Below are positions 17,157 to 26,162 of a stretch of DNA of 64,000 bases, in pieces. The position numbers and the translations under genes are program-made. The stretch's first letter is position 1. Each line of letters begins with the position of its first letter. Where the stretch lies: positions 13,408 through 77,407 of IMG/VR virus record IMGVR_UViG_3300028591_000019. One strand, written 5' to 3'. The notes under the pieces are model-generated. The model was not told where the DNA came from. It made no database searches and was given only the letters and a program-made list of their open reading frames with translations. Origin of the DNA: a virus. Lineage: Duplodnaviria; Caudoviricetes.

Positions 17157-17448
17157 GCTCCCGTTCCCTGTATTTCCTGTTCTTCTCCCTTATCGCTTCC
17201 TTATGCCTTTGCTGATAACGTCTATCCTTTGCACGTTTCTTCTCGGCATACTCTGGGTCTTGCATCTTGATACGGTAATACTCCCGATTGTATTCTCTTT
17301 TCTTCTCGGAAGATTCGCAGTTCTTGATATACCGCTGTATTGCAAAGACGGCACAGGATACCGCTTCCTGTTCTTCCTCGTCATGTATTACCATCTCCTG
17401 CAAGACACACATAGACTTCCATGCTTGCTCCAAGGACATATTCTTCAT
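17134..17448 (-). CDS. Charged helical hypothetical protein
   Basis: KKREYNREYY tract; similar to the next gene. Confidence 0.55.
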   Translation of the reverse strand: MKNMSLEQAWKSMCVLQEMVIHDEEEQEAVSCAVFAIQRYIKNCESSEKKREYNREYYRIKMQDPEYAEKKRAKDRRYQQRHKEAIREKNRKYREREREAEYAG

Positions 17449-17750
17449 TCGGTTTCTGCCGTTCCCTTCTTCTTCTTTTCTCTTCCTTCGGCTCTATATC
17501 TCGCACGGTATTCCCGCTGATAATTCCTGTAATGCTCCGCAACCTCTGGGTTGACAATCCTGCGGTTCTTGTTGTACTCGTTCCGTTTCTCCCTGTTCTC
17601 CTCTTCGAGTATCGCCATCTGCAAAGCTTTTACGGCAAGCAAGAAGTACTGCATCTCTTCCTCGCTTCTTGGGTCTGCCGTCTCGAAATAATAAATCGCT
17701 TGGAACGCATCCTCTGCGTGAATAAGCGATAACTTCCTTGGTCTAGACAT
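17445..17750 (-). CDS. Charged helical hypothetical protein
   Basis: EKRNEYNKNRR...YQREYRARY; overlaps neighbours. Confidence 0.55.
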   Translation of the reverse strand: MSRPRKLSLIHAEDAFQAIYYFETADPRSEEEMQYFLLAVKALQMAILEEENREKRNEYNKNRRIVNPEVAEHYRNYQREYRARYRAEGREKKKKGTAETE

Positions 17751-18051
17751 ATCTATCCTGTATCCCTTCCGCTGTCGTATCTACAACCTCTATCTCTTTG
17801 CCGTACACTCGTATCCCGTTGTACTCCGCTTTATTCCTTGCTCTCTTCGCATCGTTAAGTGTTTCGTACAGAACAAGCGTCTTGTTCCCGATAGGTGCGA
17901 ATCCGATTAAACCATCCGTATATAGGAGAACCTGTATTGCTTTCTTCATACGCATCGGGATAAGCCAACTCGGACGCTTATACGGAATCTTGCCTACCCA
18001 GAATCCGTAACCTACGACTCTTACGCTTCCGTCTTCATTCTTCTCTAACAT
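17743..18051 (-). CDS. Hypothetical protein
   Basis: 102 aa ORF, coupled. Confidence 0.55.
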   Translation of the reverse strand: MLEKNEDGSVRVVGYGFWVGKIPYKRPSWLIPMRMKKAIQVLLYTDGLIGFAPIGNKTLVLYETLNDAKRARNKAEYNGIRVYGKEIEVVDTTAEGIQDRYV

Positions 18052-18186
18052 TCCCCGTCTTCACCCTTTCCCTTTTTTCTCTTAAATAATTCTGAGAAAA
18101 ATTCCTTATACACATGAACTACGGTAATAAGGAATCCGACAAACATAATCGCAAGAAAGATTAATCCGAAATAAATAAAAATTACC

Positions 18187-18534
18187 TTAAACGTCTGTTC
18201 GAGCATCGTCATCCTTCTTCTCCTTCCGACTCATGACAACAACCAACTTATCAACAGGGCGTATGTAGTCAATGAATACCCTCTCTATCTCCCAGTTGCC
18301 GTCTTTAAAAACTTGGAAGACTTTCTCCCCGTCTATCTTTATGTCCGTAATAGAACCCGCAGAATCGATATCCCTAATAATCTTGGAATAAATCATCGGC
18401 GTATCACTTTTCTTATCTTCGCCATGAACGTTCCAACATACCGCCATTCTCACGCTCGGATTGATACAAGCCGTTGTCTTGCAATACCCTTCGCTTGTCT
18501 TGTTGTCGCACACATACCCGCAACGCTCCGTCAT
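18187..18534 (-). CDS. Hypothetical protein with GYCKTT-x-CIN module
   Basis: Module shared with 43910-44239. Confidence 0.55.
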   Translation of the reverse strand: MTERCGYVCDNKTSEGYCKTTACINPSVRMAVCWNVHGEDKKSDTPMIYSKIIRDIDSAGSITDIKIDGEKVFQVFKDGNWEIERVFIDYIRPVDKLVVVMSRKEKKDDDARTDV

Positions 18535-18851
18535 CCTTCTCCATCCCTTTCCAAGTAATAATCGATATCTCCCGAATCGAACTTCATATTCATCTGCTTC
18601 TTATATACATCGAAGTACAGTTCGTCCTTGTCTCCGTTGTATGTTGCTTCGTAATACTTCCCGTCTTGTACAGAAGGGACGCACAGCAAAGCTTTCATAT
18701 TCTGTAAGGTCTTGCAGAACCAGACAACGGCAACATCGTGCGCTCCCTGTATATCGGGGTTAGCATCGTATAACTCGCTTTCCGTTATATGTTTTGCGAG
18801 GTCGATAAAATCCTGTACTTGCATCCTCATTCGCTCTCGTCCTTTCCGCAT
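18531..18851 (-). CDS. DUF6275-like protein
   Basis: VVWFCKTLQNMKALL...DGKYYEATYNGDKDELYFDVYKK; true start probably about 18 nt shorter. Confidence 0.7.
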   Translation of the reverse strand: MRKGRERMRMQVQDFIDLAKHITESELYDANPDIQGAHDVAVVWFCKTLQNMKALLCVPSVQDGKYYEATYNGDKDELYFDVYKKQMNMKFDSGDIDYYLERDGEG

Positions 18852-19072
18852 ATTTCTTCAAGATATTTGCCTAACGCTTCTTCCTTGTTATTGTAATAGT
18901 CTCCTATCTCCCTATCGTAGACACTCCCGTCGGCTTGCAAGAAGAATCGCTCTTTGCCGTAATCGACAGAGGTTATCATCGCAAACGCATCCCAAAACCC
19001 TTCATTGTATCCCTCGCCGTATTCTCCTGTGTTTGCGTTATGCAAGTCTTCCCAGAATTCAATCTCGTTCAT
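18827..19072 (-). CDS. Hypothetical protein
   Basis: 81 aa; resembles the C-half of 19533-19859. Confidence 0.55.
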   Translation of the reverse strand: MNEIEFWEDLHNANTGEYGEGYNEGFWDAFAMITSVDYGKERFFLQADGSVYDREIGDYYNNKEEALGKYLEEICGKDESE

Positions 19073-19242
19073 TTGTCCGCCCCCTCGAACAAGGAAACGC
19101 CCTTCTCGGTTTCCTCGATATACTTATCGACTTCTCTCTCAAGACGTTTGCTTTCCGTAAGAACATCCATGCTCCTCGTCTTGAAGTATCGCTTCTGCAT
19201 CTCCCGCATTTCTTTAACAAGCTTTACAAAATCGTTCGTCAT
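19069..19242 (-). CDS. Small hypothetical protein (not in track)
   Basis: Manual translation MTNDFVKLVKEMREMQKRYFKTR..., 57 aa, ATGA overlaps at both ends. Confidence 0.6.
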   Translation of the reverse strand: MTNDFVKLVKEMREMQKRYFKTRSMDVLTESKRLEREVDKYIEETEKGVSLFEGADK

Positions 19243-19520
19243 TCCTCTTCTCCTCTCCCGCCAAATTCTTTTTCATATAACATTTCAAAATATTCTTGCC
19301 AAATATAATCCATGCGTTTTTCAATGTCTCCATACGCAACTCGATTATCATCATCTGGAGATATCCCATATAACGATTCCATCCTCGCTACGATATATCC
19401 CCAAGAGATAGAGTAATCGTTCTCTTTCGTTCGCTTTTCCTCTATCCAAGTTTCTCCACGGGCGACTTGCTCTAGGGCGGTCTTCAAACTTAAATAGATT
19501 TCACTCGGTCGCTGGCTCAT
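19239..19520 (-). CDS. Hypothetical protein
   Basis: 93 aa, GGAGAAG ribosome site. Confidence 0.55.
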   Translation of the reverse strand: MSQRPSEIYLSLKTALEQVARGETWIEEKRTKENDYSISWGYIVARMESLYGISPDDDNRVAYGDIEKRMDYIWQEYFEMLYEKEFGGRGEEE

Positions 19521-19532
19521 TCGCTTCTCCTC

Positions 19533-19859
19533 TCACAGACTTCCGTCATCACCTATTCGGTTTGCAAACTCTTCAATTGCTTCATCAAGAGTCATATATG
19601 TACAACTGTCTCTTGAATAAATAATTCCTTTTGCTTCATTCTCCATGAAGTAATACTGCTTTCCGTGCCACACACTTGACAGAAAATTAAGCACCTCAAA
19701 TTCTCCCTTTTTGAATCCATCATCGTATGCTTTCTGTAACTCTTTCCCGATATCTATCATTTTGCTTCCCCCATCATATCTAATTGCTGTATCCATTGCA
19801 GAAGACATCACGGTCGACATATCCTGCTGGAAACATACAAACGCTTTGGTGTCACTCAT
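19533..19859 (-). CDS. Hypothetical protein
   Basis: 108 aa, coupled. Confidence 0.55.
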   Translation of the reverse strand: MSDTKAFVCFQQDMSTVMSSAMDTAIRYDGGSKMIDIGKELQKAYDDGFKKGEFEVLNFLSSVWHGKQYYFMENEAKGIIYSRDSCTYMTLDEAIEEFANRIGDDGSL

Positions 19860-20022
19860 TCGCTTCTTCTTCCAGTTCGCACCATAACGGTCTTCCCATA
19901 AATTTCTCTATCTGATACCTGTCTGGAACTCCATACGAGAAAAGAATACAGCAATCTCTGTCTCTTTCATGAAACGGACATTCTCTACATGATGACGGCA
20001 TTGGCATATCTATGCGTATCAT
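19852..20022 (-). CDS. Small MP-x-SC-x-x-CP module protein (not in track)
   Basis: Manual translation MIRIDMPMPSSCRECPF..., 56 aa. Confidence 0.55.
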   Translation of the reverse strand: MIRIDMPMPSSCRECPFHERDRDCCILFSYGVPDRYQIEKFMGRPLWCELEEEANE

Positions 20023-20210
20023 TTCAGCACCCCCTGTTTGTAATTCACTTCATAATTTGGAATATGCAATGGGCAACAGTTGGTTGGATTAACATATCTT
20101 CTATGGGCAGAGCAGTAATAAATAAGTGCCGTGCTTGCCGTAGATGAAGACGACCTAATACAGTTCTGACAACATTTCATTTGCTTTTCCTCTCCACATC
20201 TGCGACGCAA
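20019..20210 (-). CDS. Small Cys-rich hypothetical protein
   Basis: MKCCQNC...YCSAH...CCP; start likely later than the track. Confidence 0.5.
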   Translation of the reverse strand: MRRRCGEEKQMKCCQNCIRSSSSTASTALIYYCSAHRRYVNPTNCCPLHIPNYEVNYKQGVLK

Positions 20211-20419
20211 GTCACTTCATATTGTTGATTCCATGTCGGCACAACAGATTGATTCCACATTGGGCAGATTGCGTTCGTCTGTCTGCAAATTCCGCATGGA
20301 AGTCGAAATGCACAATAACTGGTATATGCAGTTGAAGTGCCAACTCCAGTACCGTTTTCAGTTGGTATGTATGTCATTCGCTTCTCCTTTCGCCGACCTC
20401 TCGCATCATTCTTCTCCAC
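20177..20419 (-). CDS. Small hypothetical protein
   Basis: CAFRLPCGICRQTNAICP motif; start likely later. Confidence 0.5.
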   Translation of the reverse strand: MEKNDARGRRKEKRMTYIPTENGTGVGTSTAYTSYCAFRLPCGICRQTNAICPMWNQSVVPTWNQQYEVTCVADVERKSK

Positions 20420-20495
20420 TTCTGCCGATTATTCGGTTCTTGCTTATGCTCCCACAACCATCTGATTGCGCTGATGTAGTATTTGAGTTTCTGTA

Positions 20496-20819
20496 TCATT
20501 CGCTTCTCCTATCACCCTTTGAACACCATTTAATTGGTGAGTATCCAATAGTTACTATGCTTGGTTCAGTTCGTGTATACTGAACATATTTGCTACACTC
20601 ATTTGCGTATCGGCAATCCTCACAGCGCACCAGATTTTGAACGACAGTAAAGGTAAAGCCACCACCAGTAATATCATCAATATCTTCTGTCGATATAATC
20701 CATTCCCTCATTCGCTTCACCTCTCGCCTTTCCAACACCACGCATCTTCTGGTCTTTGCCGTTCGTTCAGATGCGCCATAGGACACCCAACCAATTCCTT
20801 TTTGGGATTGTGCTTGCAC
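20496..20819 (-). CDS. Small VRC-x-DC module protein
   Basis: MREWII...LVRCEDCRY...WCSKG; true start near 20710. Confidence 0.5.
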   Translation of the reverse strand: MQAQSQKGIGWVSYGASERTAKTRRCVVLERREVKRMREWIISTEDIDDITGGGFTFTVVQNLVRCEDCRYANECSKYVQYTRTEPSIVTIGYSPIKWCSKGDRRSE

Positions 20820-21016
20820 TCATAGCACCGCACGACTTTCAAATACTCAACTTCTTTGCCGCTCTTTGTATGAAAGACAATGCGAGGAGTATTCTCCATG
20901 TTTACGTCCATAAGCGCATCGAACTGCTCGTCTGTAATAGGGCTATTAAGCGTAAGCGTTATTTCGTCTCTAAGCATTCCTTTTCCACTTCCCACGGTTC
21001 TGGCAGTGGCATCCAA
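20717..21016 (-). CDS. Small VVRC module protein
   Basis: MLRDEITL...VVRCYECKH...WCWKGER; true start near 20974. Confidence 0.5.
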   Translation of the reverse strand: MDATARTVGSGKGMLRDEITLTLNSPITDEQFDALMDVNMENTPRIVFHTKSGKEVEYLKVVRCYECKHNPKKELVGCPMAHLNERQRPEDAWCWKGER

Positions 21017-21414
21017 GCTTGCACTACAGGGTTTGAAGCATCGTTACACCATCCACCTGTAAAGTTTGGAATAATAAGGAATTGGCAAACCCAAACCTTG
21101 TCTCCACCACTTACATAATATAGACCCGATTTTTTCGGCAACTCCTCACTGCACGGCATCCATCGGTGTCGTGGATAATTTTTGTATTGATTCCACGCAT
21201 CACATTCACCGCATTTTTCTTCTGGCTGTGCAGATGGTAATTTTATGATTGCTATAATACTCCGGGTATTAGATTCATCAACACGACAAAGTGCATCAAT
21301 CGCCGCCCGTCTGCTAATTAAATCATCCATCGGCTTTCCTTCCTGCCTTATATGGCTCTGGTCGTGGCATCCATGCGACAATGCCATCAAAATAAGCAGG
21401 GAACATCCATCCAA
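20959..21414 (-). CDS. Mosaic DUF551-like protein
   Basis: MDDLISRRAAI...PSAQPE...RWMPCSEELP...VQAWMPLPEPW; true start near 21330. Confidence 0.6.
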   Translation of the reverse strand: MDGCSLLILMALSHGCHDQSHIRQEGKPMDDLISRRAAIDALCRVDESNTRSIIAIIKLPSAQPEEKCGECDAWNQYKNYPRHRWMPCSEELPKKSGLYYVSGGDKVWVCQFLIIPNFTGGWCNDASNPVVQAWMPLPEPWEVEKECLETK

Positions 21415-21853
21415 ACTCTATATCGTATTTCCCAATCATCATTGCCCCTGCATCGTTCTGACATATTGTCCACATATTTTCTTCTGGCAACCTCTCCGTC
21501 ACAGGTATCCACCGTTGTTCTGGCTGTGCGGATGGCTTATATTTATTGCAAGCACAGATGTTATCATTACCTATGCCGTTTCCGAAAATCACATCATCGT
21601 TTTTACTTGGGCAGTCTGGGTACGAATAATTGCAACTATCACATAGATTTGTCTGATTATCTGGCTGTGCGGGTGGCAGATTGTTGATTACTTTCTCAAT
21701 AATCTTTTTGGATGCAGACCAGTTTTGATACTTCCTGTGACAGTCTCCACACAAATCCTCATTCATTTCTTTTCCACAGTTATCACAATACGCATAACAG
21801 AATGCATCGTAAACCGCATCTATCGCCCTTTTTCTGCTGACTGAATCATTCAT
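21323..21853 (-). CDS. Mosaic DUF551-like protein
   Basis: MNDSVSRKRAI...PPAQPD...PSAQPE-RWIPVTERLP...VAWMPRPEPY. Confidence 0.6.
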   Translation of the reverse strand: MNDSVSRKRAIDAVYDAFCYAYCDNCGKEMNEDLCGDCHRKYQNWSASKKIIEKVINNLPPAQPDNQTNLCDSCNYSYPDCPSKNDDVIFGNGIGNDNICACNKYKPSAQPEQRWIPVTERLPEENMWTICQNDAGAMMIGKYDIEFGWMFPAYFDGIVAWMPRPEPYKAGRKADG

Positions 21854-22463
21854 CGGTTCTCCTTTCTGCTTTATGCTTCAGAAATTGTTCCCAACACGCA
21901 ACGCCTACAGTATGCGGGCAGGAGTCCAACAGTTCGCATTTTTCTGGCAACCATTTGTCTATGTCGTTATAGTTGCAAGCGCAAGTGTCACCAAAAAGTT
22001 CTGCAAGTAGACAGGCAACTGTATGATTGTTCCACTCTGGCTGTACGGGTAGCAATGCCTTGATAGCCGCAACATCCCGTCTCCATTGGTTGCGTTCTGC
22101 CACCTCTGCATCATCATCGTGCCATACAAGCGGTTCTTCACCAAGTGCTTCAATTGCCGCTCGTCTGCTGATTAAGTCATCCATTGTCGCCCGTCTGCTG
22201 ATTAAATCGTCTATTCTCTCTCTAAGAACTATTAATTCATTCAGCCAATCCGCAAGCTGTTCAGCCTCATATGTGGCATCTCTCATATCCATGTAATCGT
22301 TAGATTCTATTCGTGCTTTCAACCGACATTCTTTGGCTATCTCGCTATAGTAAGTAACTGCATCTTCGAGTGTCATATCTCGTTCTCTTCCCCCTTTTCT
22401 CGGATATAATGCTCGTAATCGTTCTCGCAATCGTAAGGACAGTCTATCCAGTCGAAATGGCAA
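21846..22463 (-). CDS. Mosaic hypothetical protein
   Basis: MTLEDAV...EQLADWL then DDLISRR twice; true start near 22376. Confidence 0.55.
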   Translation of the reverse strand: MPFRLDRLSLRLRERLRALYPRKGGRERDMTLEDAVTYYSEIAKECRLKARIESNDYMDMRDATYEAEQLADWLNELIVLRERIDDLISRRATMDDLISRRAAIEALGEEPLVWHDDDAEVAERNQWRRDVAAIKALLPVQPEWNNHTVACLLAELFGDTCACNYNDIDKWLPEKCELLDSCPHTVGVACWEQFLKHKAERRTDE

Positions 22464-22561
22464 CCCGTTAACCGTGCGACTATAATCCGCTTATTGCACT
22501 TCCTGCATATCCTGCTACGTTCTTCCTGTACAGATTGAGATATCGCTATCATTTCGCACAT
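22373..22561 (-). CDS. Small Cys-rich hypothetical protein
   Basis: ICRKC...GCHFDWIDCPYDC. Confidence 0.5.
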   Translation of the reverse strand: MCEMIAISQSVQEERSRICRKCNKRIIVARLTGCHFDWIDCPYDCENDYEHYIREKGEENEI

Positions 22562-22692
22562 CGTCTCTTTCTTCCTCTAAATTGGTCTATAAAGTCGCAC
22601 AAGATGTCGTAAGCCATAAACAGAATAACTAAAAGCCATACAAGGACTGAAATCCCGAGAACAATAATAAGTGCTATCTCTAGACCGTGCAT
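22549..22692 (-). CDS. Small single-pass membrane protein (not in track)
   Basis: Manual translation MHGLEIALIIVLGISVLVWLLVILF..., 47 aa. Confidence 0.45.
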   Translation of the reverse strand: MHGLEIALIIVLGISVLVWLLVILFMAYDILCDFIDQFRGRKRRCAK

Positions 22693-22703
22693 TTCTCTCA
22701 ACC

Positions 22704-22973
22704 TCACATACTTCCGTCATCTGGGTTAAATGTAGGCTCGTATAATATGTCATGTTCCAACTGCTCTATTGCTCGTTGATAATCGCAATCCGTTTCTTTT
22801 GTTCTCATATCTGCTCCGCAGTTTGGGCATTTGGCAGGAACGTCCTTTAATCTACAAGTCTTTGGTTCGCCGCAATTTGAACATACAAGACGATGCCATC
22901 CGTAAGCATAACCGACTTTAATCCACCTCGGATAATGCGCTAAACATAACGAATCTAATACTGGACTATCCAT
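22704..22973 (-). CDS. Zn-ribbon hypothetical protein
   Basis: RWI...CSNCGE...KCPNCGADMR. Confidence 0.6.
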   Translation of the reverse strand: MDSPVLDSLCLAHYPRWIKVGYAYGWHRLVCSNCGEPKTCRLKDVPAKCPNCGADMRTKETDCDYQRAIEQLEHDILYEPTFNPDDGSM

Positions 22974-23193
22974 CGTTTTCCTTTTCCCCTCTCATTAAAG
23001 CGCATACTGTCTCGAAATCTTCTCTTACCGCATAGCTGTGATGTTTTAGAATGACTCTTGTCGGTCGTTCTCTAAAGTCGTACTTTCGTGCCAACGCACA
23101 ATCAAGATAGTCACCTTTTTCTATGCTTATGACTTCATCTGCAACAACAGCGATATCTCTCTTTTCAAGAGTTGTCAGCTTAATCAGTTTCAT
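22966..23193 (-). CDS. Hypothetical protein
   Basis: MKLIKLTTL...YAVREDFETV. Confidence 0.55.
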   Translation of the reverse strand: MKLIKLTTLEKRDIAVVADEVISIEKGDYLDCALARKYDFRERPTRVILKHHSYAVREDFETVCALMRGEKENDG

Positions 23194-23527
23194 CGTTTTC
23201 TTCCTTCATCCTTTTCCCGCAGGACGGACAGTAGTTGAACTCTTTAATGAAATCGATATCAAATGCTTTATAAATCCACGGGAAGAACTTGCCGCATTTG
23301 GTACACCAATAACCGTCTTGCCCTTGTTCGTTTTCTCCGTAGAACCATCGACCACACTCTCGCTCAACGGCATCGTCTGTTTGCATTTGTATATGCTCCA
23401 TCCATTGTTCCACACGGAACGATGGAATCAATCTTGCCCCATTCGTGTAAACCTCGTCTTTATCCACAAACCCATACGACCGTTCAAATTCTTCCCATGT
23501 TTTCGGGAACGTCATTAAGTCGCTCAT
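23180..23527 (-). CDS. Zn-ribbon hypothetical protein
   Basis: MTFPKTWEEFERSYGFVDK...CTKCG...FNYCPSCGKRM. Confidence 0.6.
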   Translation of the reverse strand: MSDLMTFPKTWEEFERSYGFVDKDEVYTNGARLIPSFRVEQWMEHIQMQTDDAVERECGRWFYGENEQGQDGYWCTKCGKFFPWIYKAFDIDFIKEFNYCPSCGKRMKEENDETD

Positions 23528-23853
23528 TCCTCTTCCCCCTTCGGCTGTCTTTCCTTTTTGTTGAACTTATTCCCGTAAGAATCTCTCCAATGCGGACAAG
23601 AATAACAATCTCCCGAACAGTCTCCCCAGAAATCGTCCTTCTTGACATAACAGGAATCGTTGTCGTATTCGGGGCAGTACCGTACATCGTATGCTCCCTT
23701 TACCGTTGCATATCCTCTCTTCCTTGCGACCCATCCCTGTACAGGCTTAAACTCCCTTGCCCAACTGCATCCGTTTGTTATGCTCTTCCCGCAAGTCCAA
23801 CATAAACTCTCCTGCCCTATCCGTATCTTGACTGCGTTCTCTTCCGTCAGCAT
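23524..23853 (-). CDS. Cys-rich hypothetical protein
   Basis: LCWTCGKSITNGCSWAREFKPVQGW. Confidence 0.6.
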   Translation of the reverse strand: MLTEENAVKIRIGQESLCWTCGKSITNGCSWAREFKPVQGWVARKRGYATVKGAYDVRYCPEYDNDSCYVKKDDFWGDCSGDCYSCPHWRDSYGNKFNKKERQPKGEEE

Positions 23854-23869
23854 TTCTTCTCCTCTTCTC

Positions 23870-24052
23870 TTATCCCGCTCCGTAAATATCCTTGCAATCC
23901 TCGCAGAAATCCTCTTCCTCTTTCCTGTCGTAATACCATCCCGCTTCTTCCGCTTCCTGCACTGCTTCCTTGAAAGTACTCTTCCCTTCCAACTCTATCC
24001 CGCAATAATCGCAAACAGGATAATACTTACCTTCTCTTGAATCGATAGACAT
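23870..24052 (-). CDS. Small Zn-finger protein, first gene of the minus arm
   Basis: VCDYCG...AEEAGW...FCEDC. Confidence 0.6.
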   Translation of the reverse strand: MSIDSREGKYYPVCDYCGIELEGKSTFKEAVQEAEEAGWYYDRKEEEDFCEDCKDIYGAG

Positions 24053-24119
24053 TTCCGTTCCCTTCTCTTATCTCTTAGATTTTTCCTTCCTCTCTCAAGA
24101 CTCTGTCTTATCTCCCTAT

Positions 24120-24149
24120 ACTCTATCATCCCGATTAGTCTTATGTCAA
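24120..24149 (-). promoter_or_regulatory. Sigma-A promoter candidate for the minus arm
   Basis: TTGACA-N18-TAGAGT on minus. Confidence 0.45.
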
Positions 24150-25041
24150 TACTCTCTAATCCCCGTTTTTTCTTGCATTGCCTTTTTATATAGGATATAA
24201 TGTACTCGCATCTTGAGGTCAGCATCTATGTTTTGTCCGTGTTTCTTCACCCCCTTTCTACGGGCAAACAAAAGAGAGAGAGGTTCACGCCCCTCTCTTT
24301 CTTTTTTTATATTTTTTTACCTACCCCTTATCTGGCATTTACATTTCCCGTACCGATTCTTTACCTACCCCCCGCCTACCCTTTACATATCCTTTATCCA
24401 ATGTCAATCTATACATTTACATTATTCTTATAGGACATTTCGTCATATTTTATCTAAGACATTTTTAAGACTATTTTGCAGAGCTTTATAGGGGAAGGAT
24501 AGCATAGTGCTGATGCGATTTTCGCCCTATGCATAGACTGCAAAATATCCCCCATATGCTGATATTGCTAGTATTTTAAACGGATTCCTATCCCCATTGA
24601 CACATTGTCATTATACATATGCATTACTTTATACATTTTCTTTCGGTTTACTTTTCAATCGTTAACGTGTTGATAGTTAACTAGTTAACAATCGCCTAGA
24701 GTGGCGGATTATAGCAGTTTTTCCCCATTATATATATTATTCTTGTATTATATATATATTATATATATCTCATAGATATAAGAATATTCTATACAAGGAT
24801 ATGCATAAGAAATGAATAAAGGTAAAAAATGAAATGAACATAAATTGAAATTGCAAAAAAAGAAGAAAAAAGTTAAAAAAATTTTTGTTTTGAGATGGGA
24901 TTGTTTGCGGATAGCTATACACGCGTGCGCGAGGATTGCACTTTTCAAGCGGATACAGTCGAATTGGATTTGATAAACTGTCATTGTCGCCAAGCCGAAC
25001 AGGCTTAAATTCAAGACGGCAAAAAAGAAAGGAATAAAGCA

Positions 25042-25938
25042 ATGAAACAGAACGTAAAGAAAGCAACCGCAAAGAAAGTCACTAACAGCGACAGAAAATC
25101 AATCATGTTGACCGCACACAAACTGAGCAATCACGGAAAATCGATGCAGTGGAAAACGGCACTCAAAACGGCATGGAAAGCGTTTAAAGGTGGATGCCTT
25201 GAATCCGTAACCGATATCGAATCGGCAATGATTTACGAGCTTGGCAAGGCAAGCGAAACGAAATTAATCGAAAGAATCGCTCATAAGTATTTGAGCAAAC
25301 TGGTCAGAGAATCAAAATCTATGAAAGATGAAAACGGCGAGCAGGTCGATAATGAGTTGTCAGTATCCGCACAAAAAGCGTTTTACCACTGGGGATTTTA
25401 TGGATTTGAGAACGAAACCTATCGGGATTACGTTCAGAATATCGCATTGGCTACAATGCGATTAATCCGCAAGCCCGACTATATCCAGTCTAAAAACGAC
25501 TGGAGGATAGAAAACGGATATGAACCATTGACTATTGTCAATCTTATTTGGAATGGGGCTTCCATCGGCTGGAATATGACCATGAAGCAAATTTATAATC
25601 GCATGAGAAAAAACGCAAAAACTCATAAGTATGAATATTTCAATGTTGATTCACTGGATAGAACTGCAATAAACAGTGACGGTGAAGAGTTTAACCAGTA
25701 CGATACTATCGACGCCGAATCCGTAAAAGGTCAGTACGGCTTTTCTAGCAAGACAGAATACTGGATGGTATGGGATGCAATCAAATCCGTTTGCAAGGAT
25801 GAAAAGGAGCTTGCAATTGTCGCATACAGGAAAAACGGAAACAAAACACAGAAACAAACTGCTGACTACATGGGATTGTGTCAGCAGAACATTGCTAGGA
25901 CATTGAAACAGATTGCAGAAAGATATCACGCAATTTAA
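25042..25938 (+). CDS. Sigma-factor-like protein with C-terminal region-4-type HTH
   Basis: 298 aa; C-terminal KTQKQTADYMGLCQQNIARTLKQI HTH; YVQNIALATM region-2-like segment; stand-alone with its own terminator. Confidence 0.6.
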   Translation: MKQNVKKATAKKVTNSDRKSIMLTAHKLSNHGKSMQWKTALKTAWKAFKGGCLESVTDIESAMIYELGKASETKLIERIAHKYLSKLVRESKSMKDENGEQVDNELSVSAQKAFYHWGFYGFENETYRDYVQNIALATMRLIRKPDYIQSKNDWRIENGYEPLTIVNLIWNGASIGWNMTMKQIYNRMRKNAKTHKYEYFNVDSLDRTAINSDGEEFNQYDTIDAESVKGQYGFSSKTEYWMVWDAIKSVCKDEKELAIVAYRKNGNKTQKQTADYMGLCQQNIARTLKQIAERYHAI

Positions 25939-25955
25939 TAAATGAATGGATGGAC

Positions 25956-25990
25956 AAAAAGACCGCCCACACATCGGGCGGTCTTTTTTT
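25956..25990 (+). terminator. Intrinsic terminator
   Basis: AAAAAGACCGCCC-N7-GGGCGGTC-T7. Confidence 0.85.
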
Positions 25991-26073
25991 ATGCCTAAAA
26001 ATCAAAAAATCTTTTTTCATAAAAAAATAATTTTTTGTGTAGTAAATCGGGATTTTGTGACTCTGTTATCAGT

Positions 26074-26136
26074 GCAAGGCAAGCAAGCGAACGCAAGCAA
26101 GCGAACGCAAGCGAACGCAAGCAAGGCAAGCGAACG
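26074..26136 (+). repeat. Short tandem repeat of GCAAGCGAAC / GCAA units
   Basis: Four GCAAGCGAAC units interspersed with GCAA and GCAAG. Confidence 0.85.
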
Positions 26137-26162
26137 AAAAACAGGAAGGATGGAAAAATAAA

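Noticed and set aside
24748-25072. Minus ORFs in the AT-rich hinge
   Set aside because: Low-complexity translations of TA-rich sequence without ribosome sites
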